64,000 nt of DNA, from positions 26,753-90,752 of the forward strand of contig JAFTSW010000072.1 in the NCBI GenBank assembly GCA_017467085.1, written 5' to 3'. The translations under genes and the position numbers were made by a program. The notes below the pieces were generated by a model. It saw only the letters and a program-made list of their open reading frames with translations. It did no database searches and was not told where the DNA came from. Source of the DNA: Clostridia bacterium. GTDB lineage: Bacteria > Bacillota > Clostridia > Oscillospirales > CAG-272. Position 1 is the first letter of the stretch. Every line of letters begins with the position of its first letter. Below, piece by piece: positions 54,642 to 63,076 of the stretch.

Positions 54642-54926
54642 TCAGTCCTTCAGCTTGGCAAGCACCTTCTTGTAGCCGCCCGTTCCGTATTGCAGGCAAC
54701 GGCTGACACGGCCGATGGTCGCCGTGCTGACCCCCGTTTCCTTATTGACCTCCAGATAGCTTTTGCCCTCGTCCAGCATCTGCGCCACCTGTAAGCGCTG
54801 TGCCAAGGACTCGACCTCCTGCATCGTGCAAATATCCGCTAAGAAGCTCTCGCAATCCTTTTCATTTTCCAAGGATAAAAGGGCTTTATACAGAGCCTTT
54901 AAGCTCTCCTTGCTCGTTTTCAGCAT
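54642..54926 (-). CDS. TrpR-like YerC/YecD family DNA-binding protein; candidate his-operon regulator (HisR-like)
   Basis: ..MQEVESLAQRLQVAQML..GKSYLEVNKETGVSTATIGRVSRCLQYG... It is the first gene of the his operon, 16 nt upstream of hisZG. Confidence 0.8.
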   Translation of the reverse strand: MLKTSKESLKALYKALLSLENEKDCESFLADICTMQEVESLAQRLQVAQMLDEGKSYLEVNKETGVSTATIGRVSRCLQYGTGGYKKVLAKLKD

Positions 54927-54946
54927 AACTGCCTCCTAAATTTAGT

Positions 54947-54983
54947 ACTTTAACAGTTTAACACATCACTTTGTTAAAGTCAA
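54947..54983 (-). promoter_or_regulatory. his-operon promoter overlapped by a perfect 9-bp inverted repeat (candidate operator)
   Basis: Minus strand: TTGACT (54983-54978), 17-nt spacer, TAAACT (54960-54955). Inverted repeat ACTTTAACA (54947-54955) / TGTTAAAGT (54972-54980) with 16-nt spacing. The right arm overlaps the -35 box; the left arm overlaps the last base of the -10 box and extends downstream of it. Confidence 0.5.
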
Positions 54984-55042
54984 TAGGAAAATGAAAAAAA
55001 GTATAAATATTTTTTGATAGGAAAAGAAAGGGCAAAGAGGAC

Positions 55043-55071
55043 TTGACAAAAGGACGAAAATGCGGTATAAT
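55043..55071 (+). promoter_or_regulatory. Consensus sigma70 promoter for the transporter gene
   Basis: TTGACA, 17-nt spacer, TATAAT. Confidence 0.65.
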
Positions 55072-55113
55072 ACCCCTGTCCTTTTTATAAAAAATAACAA
55101 TTTGGAGGCTATT

Positions 55114-56874
55114 ATGACGAAAACGAGAAAAATCGTTTTGCTGGTGGTCGCCTTGGTCTTTATCGCCCTTCTGGCGGTAGAGGGCATTACGGGCGGCTCG
55201 GGCAATATGGTTGACTGTCCCGACTGTGAGAACGGTCATTGCCCTACCTGTGACGGTACGATGGAGGTTCTTGACAAGGAAAGCGGCGAGCTGGTCGCCT
55301 GCCCTGACTGTGAGGACGGCACCTGCGGCACCTGCGGCGGCGAGGCTGTGGTCCGCGGCTCTCTTTGGGCGCTTCTTCCTCCCGTGATTGCTATCGGTCT
55401 TGCTTTGATTACCAAGGAGGTATATTCCTCTTTGTTCTTCGGTATTCTGGCAGGCGGCTTGATGGCGGCGCGCTATTCTCCCTTTGCGTCCTTGGACGCC
55501 ATTATGAACGACGGCTTGATTGCCGCTGCCGCTGATACGGCAGGCATCTTCATCTTCTTGGTGATTTTAGGCATTATCGTGTCCTTGGTCAACAAGACGG
55601 GCGCCTCTGCCGCCTTCGGCAAGTGGGCAGAAACCCACATCAAGACCAAGGCAGGCGCTATGCTGGCTACCTTCGTTCTGGGCGTTTTGATTTTCATTGA
55701 CGACTATTTCAACTGTCTGACCGTTGGCTCGGTTATGAGCCCTGTCACCGACAAGCATCATATCTCCCGCGTGAAGCTGGCGTACCTCATTGACGCCACC
55801 GCCGCGCCCGTCTGTATGATTGCTCCCATCTCCTCTTGGGCAGCTGCCGTTTCGGGCTGCGTGGATATTGAGGGTATGTCGGATATTCAGCTGTTTGTCA
55901 GCGCCATTCCCTTTAACTTCTATTCGCTCTTAACCTTCGTCTTTATCATCACGCTTGCCATTATGGGCTATGACTACGGCAAGATGGCAGACTTTGAAAT
56001 CAAGGCGCGTGCCGGGGAAAGCGACAAGCTGCCCGGGGACGACAGCGATGCGGCAGTTGTTGGCAACGGCGTTATCTGGGATTTGATTATTCCCATTGCC
56101 GTTCTGATTGTGGCTTGCGTCTTTGCCTTGATTTATAATGGCGGCTTCTTTGACGCGGAAAGCAAGTATTTCCACAACTTCGTTGGTGCCTTCGGTAACA
56201 CCGACGCTTACGGTGCTTTGCCTTGGGGCGGCTTGATTGCCCTGGTTATCTCGGCTATCTATTTCCTGTTGCGCCGTGTTATCAACTTCAACGAGATGAT
56301 GAAGAGCGTTCCCTCCGGCTTTATCGCCATGGTGCCCGCTATCCTCATTCTCACCTTCGCAACCGCTCTGAAGAACATTACGGGCCTGCTTGGCGCCAAG
56401 TACTTCGTTGGTAATATGATGCAGAGCTTCCCTACGGCACTGCTTGCGCTGCTTCCTGCTGTTATCTTCTTGGTGGCTTGCGTGCTTGCCTTCGCGACGG
56501 GAACCTCTTGGGGCACCTTCGGTATTCTCATTCCCATTGTCAGCGTGATGTTCGAGGTGGGCAACCCTCTGCTCTTCGTTGGCATTTCCGCTTGCCTGGC
56601 AGGCGCCGTATGCGGCGACCATTGCTCCCCTATTTCCGACACCACCATTATGGCGTCCGCAGGCGCGCGCTGCAATCACGTGGCGCACGTGGAAACCCAG
56701 CTGCCCTATGCCATTACGGTAGCGGCGATTTCCTTCGTGATGTTCGTTCTGGCAGGCTTTGTGCCCAATGCCTTTATCTGCTTGCCCGTTGGCATCGCCC
56801 TGACGGTTGGGGTGCTCTTCGGCATTCGCTATCTTGACAAAAAGAGAAAGGCAAAGACCTCTGTCGAGGAATAA
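55114..56874 (+). CDS. NhaC-family Na+/H+ (or organic-anion) antiporter with N-terminal TM helix and double CxxC-x4-CxxC module
   Basis: LWALLPPVIAIGLALITKEVYSSLFFGILAGG and a polytopic body typical of the NhaC family. N-terminal extension ..VDCPDCENGHCPTCDGTM..ACPDCEDGTCGTCGGEA... Start at ATG 55114 (GGAGG SD). Confidence 0.8.
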   Translation: MTKTRKIVLLVVALVFIALLAVEGITGGSGNMVDCPDCENGHCPTCDGTMEVLDKESGELVACPDCEDGTCGTCGGEAVVRGSLWALLPPVIAIGLALITKEVYSSLFFGILAGGLMAARYSPFASLDAIMNDGLIAAAADTAGIFIFLVILGIIVSLVNKTGASAAFGKWAETHIKTKAGAMLATFVLGVLIFIDDYFNCLTVGSVMSPVTDKHHISRVKLAYLIDATAAPVCMIAPISSWAAAVSGCVDIEGMSDIQLFVSAIPFNFYSLLTFVFIITLAIMGYDYGKMADFEIKARAGESDKLPGDDSDAAVVGNGVIWDLIIPIAVLIVACVFALIYNGGFFDAESKYFHNFVGAFGNTDAYGALPWGGLIALVISAIYFLLRRVINFNEMMKSVPSGFIAMVPAILILTFATALKNITGLLGAKYFVGNMMQSFPTALLALLPAVIFLVACVLAFATGTSWGTFGILIPIVSVMFEVGNPLLFVGISACLAGAVCGDHCSPISDTTIMASAGARCNHVAHVETQLPYAITVAAISFVMFVLAGFVPNAFICLPVGIALTVGVLFGIRYLDKKRKAKTSVEE

Positions 56875-56896
56875 GCCTATCTGACCCGTTTTACAA

Positions 56897-56933
56897 GGGA
56901 CAGAGCCCATTCGGCTCTGTCCCTTCCTTTTTT
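56897..56933 (+). terminator. Rho-independent terminator
   Basis: GGGACAGAGCC-cattc-GGCTCTGTCCC followed by TTCCTTTTTT. Confidence 0.8.
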
Positions 56934-56980
56934 GGAATTGTGAAATAAAATGAAATCGGCGCGAAAGAGCCCCTTTCAAA

Positions 56981-57009
56981 TTGACAGAAGGGCAAAAAAG
57001 TAGTATAAT
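56981..57009 (+). promoter_or_regulatory. Consensus sigma70 promoter
   Basis: TTGACA, 17-nt spacer, TATAAT. Confidence 0.65.
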
Positions 57010-57061
57010 AAGAGCGACTTTCAGAAGGGTATTTGCCCAACAGCACAGAGGAGGGATACGC

Positions 57062-58267
57062 ATGCAAAAGAAGCCACGGGTTCTTTTTCCGTTTACCGAA
57101 GCGGGCTTAGGGCATATTATGCCTATGCGCAGCATTGCGGACGCCTTCGAGAAGAAATACGGGCATCTGACTGAGATTGTTCGCTCTAACTTTTTCACCG
57201 AGGGCGGCAACAAATATATGATGAAATTCGAGCAGAAGATGGCAAATTTCGTGCGCCATCAGAATCGCTCCCGTGCATATAGCCGCTTCTCCTGCTTCAA
57301 TATGGATTTCTGGGGCGTGTACATTTCCAGCTGGGCAACCATGACCTGCTACGTGCCCGGGGTGCGCCCCGCGGCTGTTTCGCATATGGAGGCGTTAGCG
57401 CCCGACCTTGTGGTTTCTACCCACTGGGCAACCAACTACTACGCCTCTAAAATGAAAAACAAGCCTCTTCTGGCTATGTACTGTCCCGACGCCTATATTT
57501 GCACCCTTTTCCGCTACCCTGCTGACCTTTGTATGGTGTCTATGGCAACGGGGTATCGGCACGCCTTGAAGCGGCACCCCTTGCGCTTTAATGAGGACAA
57601 CCTGAAGCTGGTGCCCTTCTCCATTCGCAAGGAGGCGTTTGAGGTACCCACGGACAAGGCGGAAAACCGCCGCGCCCTTGGCTGGGACGAAAATAAGTTT
57701 ACCGTCATTTTAGCAGAGGGCGGCTACGGCATCGGGCAGATGAAGCGCATCTGCGAGCTTCTGATAGAGCGGGACCTGCCTATTAATCTGGTTCCCGTTT
57801 GCGGCAAGAACGAGGAGCTATTTGCCTATTTCAAGAGCCTGAGGACGGGGAAGCGCATTTCCTTCCATCCCCAGGGCTTTGCCCAGGATATTCTCCGTAT
57901 GATTGCCGCCTCGGATTTGTTCTGCGGCAAGAGCGGCAACATTATCGCGGAGCCCACCTTCTTTGGCGTTCCTGCCATTATCACCAATTGCGCCACCGTG
58001 ATTGAGCGCCGTATCGCCGAATACTACGTGGACTACGTGGGCAGTGCCGAGAGAATTTTCGACCCTGTGCAGGTAGCGGACAGGATTGAGGCGTACATAC
58101 AGGACCCCTCCCTTCTTGACGGCTATCGGGAACGGGCGCTTGCCCATCGGGAGGACCATTACGGCTCCGAGAAGGCGGCAGACTATATCTTCGCGCTTTT
58201 GAAAACCAGGAACCCTTACCTTGCCGAGGCAGAGAATGCCGCGGCGATAGAGGAACCCGTATCATAA
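57062..58267 (+). CDS. Glycosyltransferase, MGDG-synthase/UgtP-like (GT28-type diacylglycerol glycosyltransferase)
   Basis: N-terminal RVLFPFTEAGLGHIMPMRSIA and C-terminal CGKSGNIIAEPTFFGVPAIIT. Start at ATG 57062 (GAGGAGGGA SD). Confidence 0.7.
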   Translation: MQKKPRVLFPFTEAGLGHIMPMRSIADAFEKKYGHLTEIVRSNFFTEGGNKYMMKFEQKMANFVRHQNRSRAYSRFSCFNMDFWGVYISSWATMTCYVPGVRPAAVSHMEALAPDLVVSTHWATNYYASKMKNKPLLAMYCPDAYICTLFRYPADLCMVSMATGYRHALKRHPLRFNEDNLKLVPFSIRKEAFEVPTDKAENRRALGWDENKFTVILAEGGYGIGQMKRICELLIERDLPINLVPVCGKNEELFAYFKSLRTGKRISFHPQGFAQDILRMIAASDLFCGKSGNIIAEPTFFGVPAIITNCATVIERRIAEYYVDYVGSAERIFDPVQVADRIEAYIQDPSLLDGYRERALAHREDHYGSEKAADYIFALLKTRNPYLAEAENAAAIEEPVS

Positions 58268-58269
58268 AA

Positions 58270-58304
58270 AAACGCTTTTGACAGACTGTCAAAAGCGTTT
58301 TTTT
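58270..58304. terminator. Bidirectional rho-independent terminator
   Basis: AAACGCTTTTGACAG-a-CTGTCAAAAGCGTTT, flanked by A and T tracts, between convergent genes. Confidence 0.8.
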
Positions 58305-58818
58305 ATTTCTCCACCAAAAGATGCAGGCGAAGCAAGCGGATAGGCTTGTTTTTTTTCTTGGCGTAGCAAAGGGTAGACCAGGTGCCACCCTCTAATTTCC
58401 CGTTCCAAATACCGAAAACCAAATCCGCCTTGTCCACCATATACTCGTTTCGCTGATGCATACAGCCAGGGGTATAATAGGGAGAAAGCACCCGACTTTC
58501 ATCGCAGGCGGCAAGGATTTTCTGATAACGGGCAACGTCCTCGCTCTTCCATTTCTTGCATTGGTCGGGGCAGGGAATGGCGGCCTCTAAGGTAACGGTA
58601 AAGAGCCCCTCGTATTGCCGCTTCAGCGCCAGCACCGCCTCGGCAAAATCCAAATCCGCTCCCAGCGCCATACCCGTGATAAAATGGGTATAGCCCGTTC
58701 TTATCAGCTCGTCCACCGTATCCATCAAGGCGGCGCGGTAGCGGGAGAGGGGAAGAGAGGGTCGGGAATAGGGGAAGGGAAAGCCCTTTGGTCTATGCCC
58801 CGTCACACAGCAGACCAT
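58303..58818 (-). CDS. SLOG-fold DUF1273 (YpsA/YoqJ-like) protein
   Basis: MVCCVTGHRPKGFPF.. (the TGHRP motif) and ..HFITGMALGADLDFAEA... Its ATG overlaps the upstream gene's stop (TGATG). Confidence 0.7.
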   Translation of the reverse strand: MVCCVTGHRPKGFPFPYSRPSLPLSRYRAALMDTVDELIRTGYTHFITGMALGADLDFAEAVLALKRQYEGLFTVTLEAAIPCPDQCKKWKSEDVARYQKILAACDESRVLSPYYTPGCMHQRNEYMVDKADLVFGIWNGKLEGGTWSTLCYAKKKNKPIRLLRLHLLVEK

Positions 58819-59771
58819 CAGCCCTTTTGACGGCGCACGTCCACGCCCTTGAATACGTAGGGAATAAAGCTACCCAGAAGGCGGCTGGTGATACGCGCCT
58901 CGTAGCGCTCGGCAAGATTTTTCTGCCCGAGGTTGGTGCTGATGATGGTGCTTTGCCCGTTGTTCAGACGGGTGTTAAGCAGGCGATAGATAGCGGAAAG
59001 GGCAAAGGGGGAGTCCGCCTCGGTGCCCAGGTCGTCGATAATCAGAAGGTCGGTGCGGAAATAGCGCTCGGTGTGGTCCTCCTCATCGTCAAAGCGCTTG
59101 TAGCGCTCCTTCTCAAAGTCGGCAATCACGTTGGGGGCGATATCGTATACCACGTCAAAGCCCCGTTCAATGACACGGCGGGCAATGGCGGTGGAAAGAT
59201 GGGTCTTGCCAAGACCCGTGCCGCCAACGAACAGCAGGTTGGCGTGAGACTCCTCAAAATCCTCGGCAAAGGCAAGGGCGTCACGGAGCGCCTTTTCGGC
59301 ATAGGGACGGTTGTCGGCGTAATAGTCCAAGGAAAAGCTCTCAAAGCTCTGGGTGGAGGCAAGGGTGCCAAGACCCGACGCCCGTAGGGACGCCTCTGCC
59401 AACAGCCGCCGCATACAGCCGCACATACCCTTCTCGGTATAGCCCGTGTCCTTGCAAAGGGGACAGGTGTACTCTACGGCGGTGTAGTCCTTGGCATAGC
59501 CCAAGGCGGTTAAAAGGGAGGCGCGCTTTTCCTGCAGGGCAAGGTTTTCCTTCCGCAGACGGGCAATCTCCTCCTTGGCGTTTTCGCTTCTTCCAAAGGC
59601 AACGGCGCATAGCTTGGCGGAGGTGCCTGCCAAGGCGGCGTCAATCTCGGCAATCTCGGGAGAGCGGGCATAGACGCTTTTATGGCGCTCGTCCGACAGA
59701 CGCACCGCCCGGCTTCTTCTTTCCTCTAATTGCTTGGCAACGGTCATATAGACCTCTCTACTGTATCCCAT
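58818..59771 (-). CDS. DnaC/DnaI-like helicase loader ATPase (IstB-like AAA+)
   Basis: Walker A LLFVGGTGLGKTHL, Walker B LLIIDDLG, and an N-terminal Cys cluster CPLCKDTGYTEKGMCGC. Confidence 0.8.
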   Translation of the reverse strand: MGYSREVYMTVAKQLEERRSRAVRLSDERHKSVYARSPEIAEIDAALAGTSAKLCAVAFGRSENAKEEIARLRKENLALQEKRASLLTALGYAKDYTAVEYTCPLCKDTGYTEKGMCGCMRRLLAEASLRASGLGTLASTQSFESFSLDYYADNRPYAEKALRDALAFAEDFEESHANLLFVGGTGLGKTHLSTAIARRVIERGFDVVYDIAPNVIADFEKERYKRFDDEEDHTERYFRTDLLIIDDLGTEADSPFALSAIYRLLNTRLNNGQSTIISTNLGQKNLAERYEARITSRLLGSFIPYVFKGVDVRRQKG

Positions 59772-59780
59772 GGGATATCC

Positions 59781-60800
59781 TCACTTTTTCGTGTCTTGTT
59801 TTTCTTTGTCGCCAACGGGGGTATAGCTTCGTTCCAAGGCGTGGGCAAAGAAATCGTCCACGTCAAAGCTCTGCATAGCAAGGCTTTCCTCCTTGGCGGC
59901 GGCAGAGGGGGTCTTGCCCTTGCCCTTGGCGCCCCGCGCCTGCCGCTTTTCCTCCACCAGACGCTCCGCATCCGCAATAGTCTTACAGCCTGCGGCGTTC
60001 CAGTCGGAAATAATCTTGTCGGCGTAGGCAACGGCAGCCTTGCCCGTGGCGTTAACGGTGATATCGTAGGCGTAGCCGATAATATCGTCCCCGTAGTTGT
60101 ATTCGCTGCACCAGCGTAAGAAGCAGTCCTCCTCCTTGGCGGTCAGCTTGCGCTCGCCGATGCCGAACATAGCGCGCAGGGACGCCTCGCGGCTGCGCAT
60201 CTTGTTCTTTCTTTCAATATAGGCGGTCAAATCCCTGACGGTGACAATGTCTTTATCAAAGAGAGAATGTGCCACCTTTTGGGTATAGCGCAGGGGCTTT
60301 CTGCCGTTTGCCTCGCAATAGGCGAGAAGAATGAGTATGTACTCGCATTCCAGCGCCAGCTCCTCGTGCATCCAAAGCAGGATGCTGATATCCGTTTCAT
60401 TCAGCTCCTTGCCGTGAATTTGCTCACAGGCGGAAAAGAAGGAGGCAAGCGCCTCTTCCTTCGTAACGTCCGCTATATGCCCGATGGAATAGGAGGGGAC
60501 GCGCTCATCCTGCAAAACGGGCTTTTTCTTTTGGGAGGCGGGCTCGTCCTTAGGCGCATCGGCGCTCCTCTTGGCGGCGCCTGCGATTTTCACCAGCCCT
60601 GCGCCTCGCCAGAAGGAAATCGCCTCCGTTGCCTCCTCAGGAGAGAGGGCGGCGGCTGTCGCCAAGGCGGAGAGGGGAAGCCCGTCCTCCGCCTCGGTTA
60701 AAACCAGAAGCAGACGCAGCTCCTCGGCGCTTGCCTCGACAAACGCCTTTGCCTCGCTGGGGCGAACCCCCTTTTTCAGTTGATAGCTTTTTTCACTCAT
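59781..60800 (-). CDS. DnaD-domain replication initiation/helicase-loading protein (DnaB_2/DnaD-like)
   Basis: Two DnaD-like segments: ..ILLWMHEELALECEYILILLAYCEANGRKPLRYTQKVAHSL.. and ..DDIIGYAYDITVNATGKAAVAYADKIISDWNAAG... Confidence 0.7.
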   Translation of the reverse strand: MSEKSYQLKKGVRPSEAKAFVEASAEELRLLLVLTEAEDGLPLSALATAAALSPEEATEAISFWRGAGLVKIAGAAKRSADAPKDEPASQKKKPVLQDERVPSYSIGHIADVTKEEALASFFSACEQIHGKELNETDISILLWMHEELALECEYILILLAYCEANGRKPLRYTQKVAHSLFDKDIVTVRDLTAYIERKNKMRSREASLRAMFGIGERKLTAKEEDCFLRWCSEYNYGDDIIGYAYDITVNATGKAAVAYADKIISDWNAAGCKTIADAERLVEEKRQARGAKGKGKTPSAAAKEESLAMQSFDVDDFFAHALERSYTPVGDKEKQDTKK

Positions 60801-60816
60801 ATCGTCACCCCGAGGG

Positions 60817-61509
60817 TTATTTCTTTTCTTTTTGTAATAGCTTTTTGGTTTTCAAGCCGTAGCAGAGCGCCATCAGGGAGTCGCCCATATGCATATTCTC
60901 AATGGCAATATCGTATTCGGGCAGGGTAATTTCCATATTGGAAAAGTTCCAGATGCCCGACACGCCTGCCTTCGCCAGCGTTTCGGCAACCAGGGGTGCC
61001 TCGTCCTTGGGGGTGGTCAAAACCCCGATGTCTACCCCGTTTTCCCGACAGAAGGTGCCAAGCGTCCTGGCGTCATACACGGGAATACCGTTGATTTCGG
61101 TGCCGATAAGGCGAGGGTCCACGTCGAACATAGCCAGACGGGTAATGCCCCGATGCTCAAACATATGGCTATGTACCAGGGCGCGTCCCAGATTGCCTGC
61201 CCCGATAACCACCACGGAGAAGCCCTCCTCCATACCGAGAAGGTCCGCAATGGAATCGTGCAAAAATTTGACGTTATAGCCGTAGCCCTGCTGACCGAAG
61301 CCTCCAAAGTAGTTCAAATCCTGGCGGATTTGGGAGGAGGTGACCCCCATGCACTGGGAAAGCTCGGAGGAGCTGGTACGCAGCTTGCCGCGGCGAAGCA
61401 TTTCCCCCAGATAGCGGTGATACCGAGGCAGGCGCCTGATAACGGCAGGGGGAACGGTTTCCCGCTTGGAGGCAGAAATGGGTGCGGCTTCTTGAGTGGG
61501 TTGTTTCAC
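60817..61509 (-). CDS. rex: Redox-sensing transcriptional repressor Rex
   Basis: VIRRLPRYHRYLGEM (wHTH) and Rossmann VVIGAGNLGRAL. GTG start after a GAAAGGA SD. Confidence 0.9.
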   Translation of the reverse strand: MKQPTQEAAPISASKRETVPPAVIRRLPRYHRYLGEMLRRGKLRTSSSELSQCMGVTSSQIRQDLNYFGGFGQQGYGYNVKFLHDSIADLLGMEEGFSVVVIGAGNLGRALVHSHMFEHRGITRLAMFDVDPRLIGTEINGIPVYDARTLGTFCRENGVDIGVLTTPKDEAPLVAETLAKAGVSGIWNFSNMEITLPEYDIAIENMHMGDSLMALCYGLKTKKLLQKEKK

Positions 61510-61564
61510 GGTTGTATCCTTTCTATGCCAAAAGCGCGTTTTGGCAACGGCGAAAATTCAAAGA

Positions 61565-62644
61565 TTAGTCGGCGGCGGAGGCGTTCAGCTCGCTTCCGAC
61601 GGGTGCGGCGTAGGCATAGGCAAAGCAGCCCTCGGCTGCCACCATAGCGGCGTTATCACCGCAAAGGGACAGGGGCGGCACGTACAGCCTTGCCTTTTTC
61701 CTCTTGCAAAGCGCCGAAAGGGCGGCTCGCAGGTGGGAGTTGGCGGCAACGCCGCCGCAAAGCACCACCGCAGGGAGTGCATAGGTATCAAGAGCGGCGG
61801 CCGCCTTTTTGGCAATGGCAGACACTGCCTCGTAGGTATAACGGGCGGCAAAGGCAGCCTTATCGGGCTCCTCCCCCTTTTGGGAAAGATGATGCAACAG
61901 GTTTACTGCCGCCGTCTTTAAGCCCGAGAAGGAAAAATCCAGGCTCTCGCCCTGCAAGGCGGGGGAGGGCAGTCGGTAAAGAGGGTCACGGTACAGGTCG
62001 CATTTGGGGAAGGCGGCAAGCGCCTCGGCGGCGTCCGTCTTGCCCGTTGCCGTGATGAGTCCCTCCTTCGCAAGGGCGTCAAAGGCGGCGCCTGCGGGAT
62101 AGGAAAGCCCCAAAAGCCTTCCCACCTTGTCAAATGCCTCGCCAATGGCGTCGTCCCTGGTAGCGCCGATAAGGCGGCTCTCGGTGGGGGACTGAACGGC
62201 GTAAAGGGAGGTGTGTCCCCCCGAAACGGTAATGGCGAGAAAGGGAAAGGCAGGGGCATCCTCCGTCAGAAAGGCGGAGGCAATATGGGCGCGCATATGG
62301 TCAATGCTGTATAGGGGGAGCTTGTGGGCAAGGGCGAAGGACTTGGCGAAATTCACCGCCACCAGCAAAGCACCTATCAGCCCGGGGTGGGAGGTCACCG
62401 CTACGGCGGTGATGTCCTTGGGGGAGAGCTGCGCCGCCTCCAACGCCTCGTAGGTCAAGGCGGAGATAGCCTCGGTATGGGCGCGGCTGGCAATCTCGGG
62501 AACCACGCCGCCGTAAAGCCTGTGGGTGTCCACTTGGGACGCCACAATGCTGGAGAGAATACGAAGCTTGCCATCCTCTCCTTGCTCCACCACCGCCACA
62601 GCGGTTTCGTCACAGGAGCTTTCAAAGCCTAATATGCGTATCAT
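61565..62644 (-). CDS. tsaD: tRNA N6-adenosine threonylcarbamoyltransferase
   Basis: MIRILGFESSCDETAVAVV, ..VPEIASRAH.., ..HMRAHI... Start at ATG 62644, which lies inside the 3' end of rimI. Confidence 0.9.
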   Translation of the reverse strand: MIRILGFESSCDETAVAVVEQGEDGKLRILSSIVASQVDTHRLYGGVVPEIASRAHTEAISALTYEALEAAQLSPKDITAVAVTSHPGLIGALLVAVNFAKSFALAHKLPLYSIDHMRAHIASAFLTEDAPAFPFLAITVSGGHTSLYAVQSPTESRLIGATRDDAIGEAFDKVGRLLGLSYPAGAAFDALAKEGLITATGKTDAAEALAAFPKCDLYRDPLYRLPSPALQGESLDFSFSGLKTAAVNLLHHLSQKGEEPDKAAFAARYTYEAVSAIAKKAAAALDTYALPAVVLCGGVAANSHLRAALSALCKRKKARLYVPPLSLCGDNAAMVAAEGCFAYAYAAPVGSELNASAAD

Positions 62645-63071
62645 CGTTCTTCTTGTATAAACAAGCATCCTCCGTTGGATTTTGGTAGTAGTCGGGTCGC
62701 ACGCCCGTTTGAATAAAGCCAAGGGACTCGTATAGCCGTCTTGCCGCCAGGTTAGACGCCCGTACCTCCAAATAGCAAAGAGGCAGGTCGGCAAGAAAGG
62801 CGGAAAGCAGCCGCCTTGCATATCCCTTCTGACGGTAGAGGGGCAGGGTGGCGATGCGGAACACCTCGCCCTCAGGGGGGATAACCGAGGCAAGAAGATA
62901 GGCGCAAAGGGCGCCCTCTGCCTCTATTATCCACGCCCTGCCCACGGCAGAGTCCATATGGGAGGCAAGCTGCGCCAAGGACCAGGGGTCACGGGGAAAG
63001 CAAAGCGCCTCCGCCTCTTGAAGCAGGGGGATATCTGCCTTGGTTGCGGGGCGGCAAACGGGAGCGGTCAT
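62622..63071 (-). CDS. rimI: Ribosomal-protein-alanine N-acetyltransferase (GNAT)
   Basis: GNAT motif ..LPLYRQKGYARRLL... Sits in the usual rimI-tsaD arrangement. The start is uncertain: ATG 63071 or TTG 63080. Confidence 0.75.
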   Translation of the reverse strand: MTAPVCRPATKADIPLLQEAEALCFPRDPWSLAQLASHMDSAVGRAWIIEAEGALCAYLLASVIPPEGEVFRIATLPLYRQKGYARRLLSAFLADLPLCYLEVRASNLAARRLYESLGFIQTGVRPDYYQNPTEDACLYKKNDDTHIRL

Positions 63072-63076
63072 ATGCC

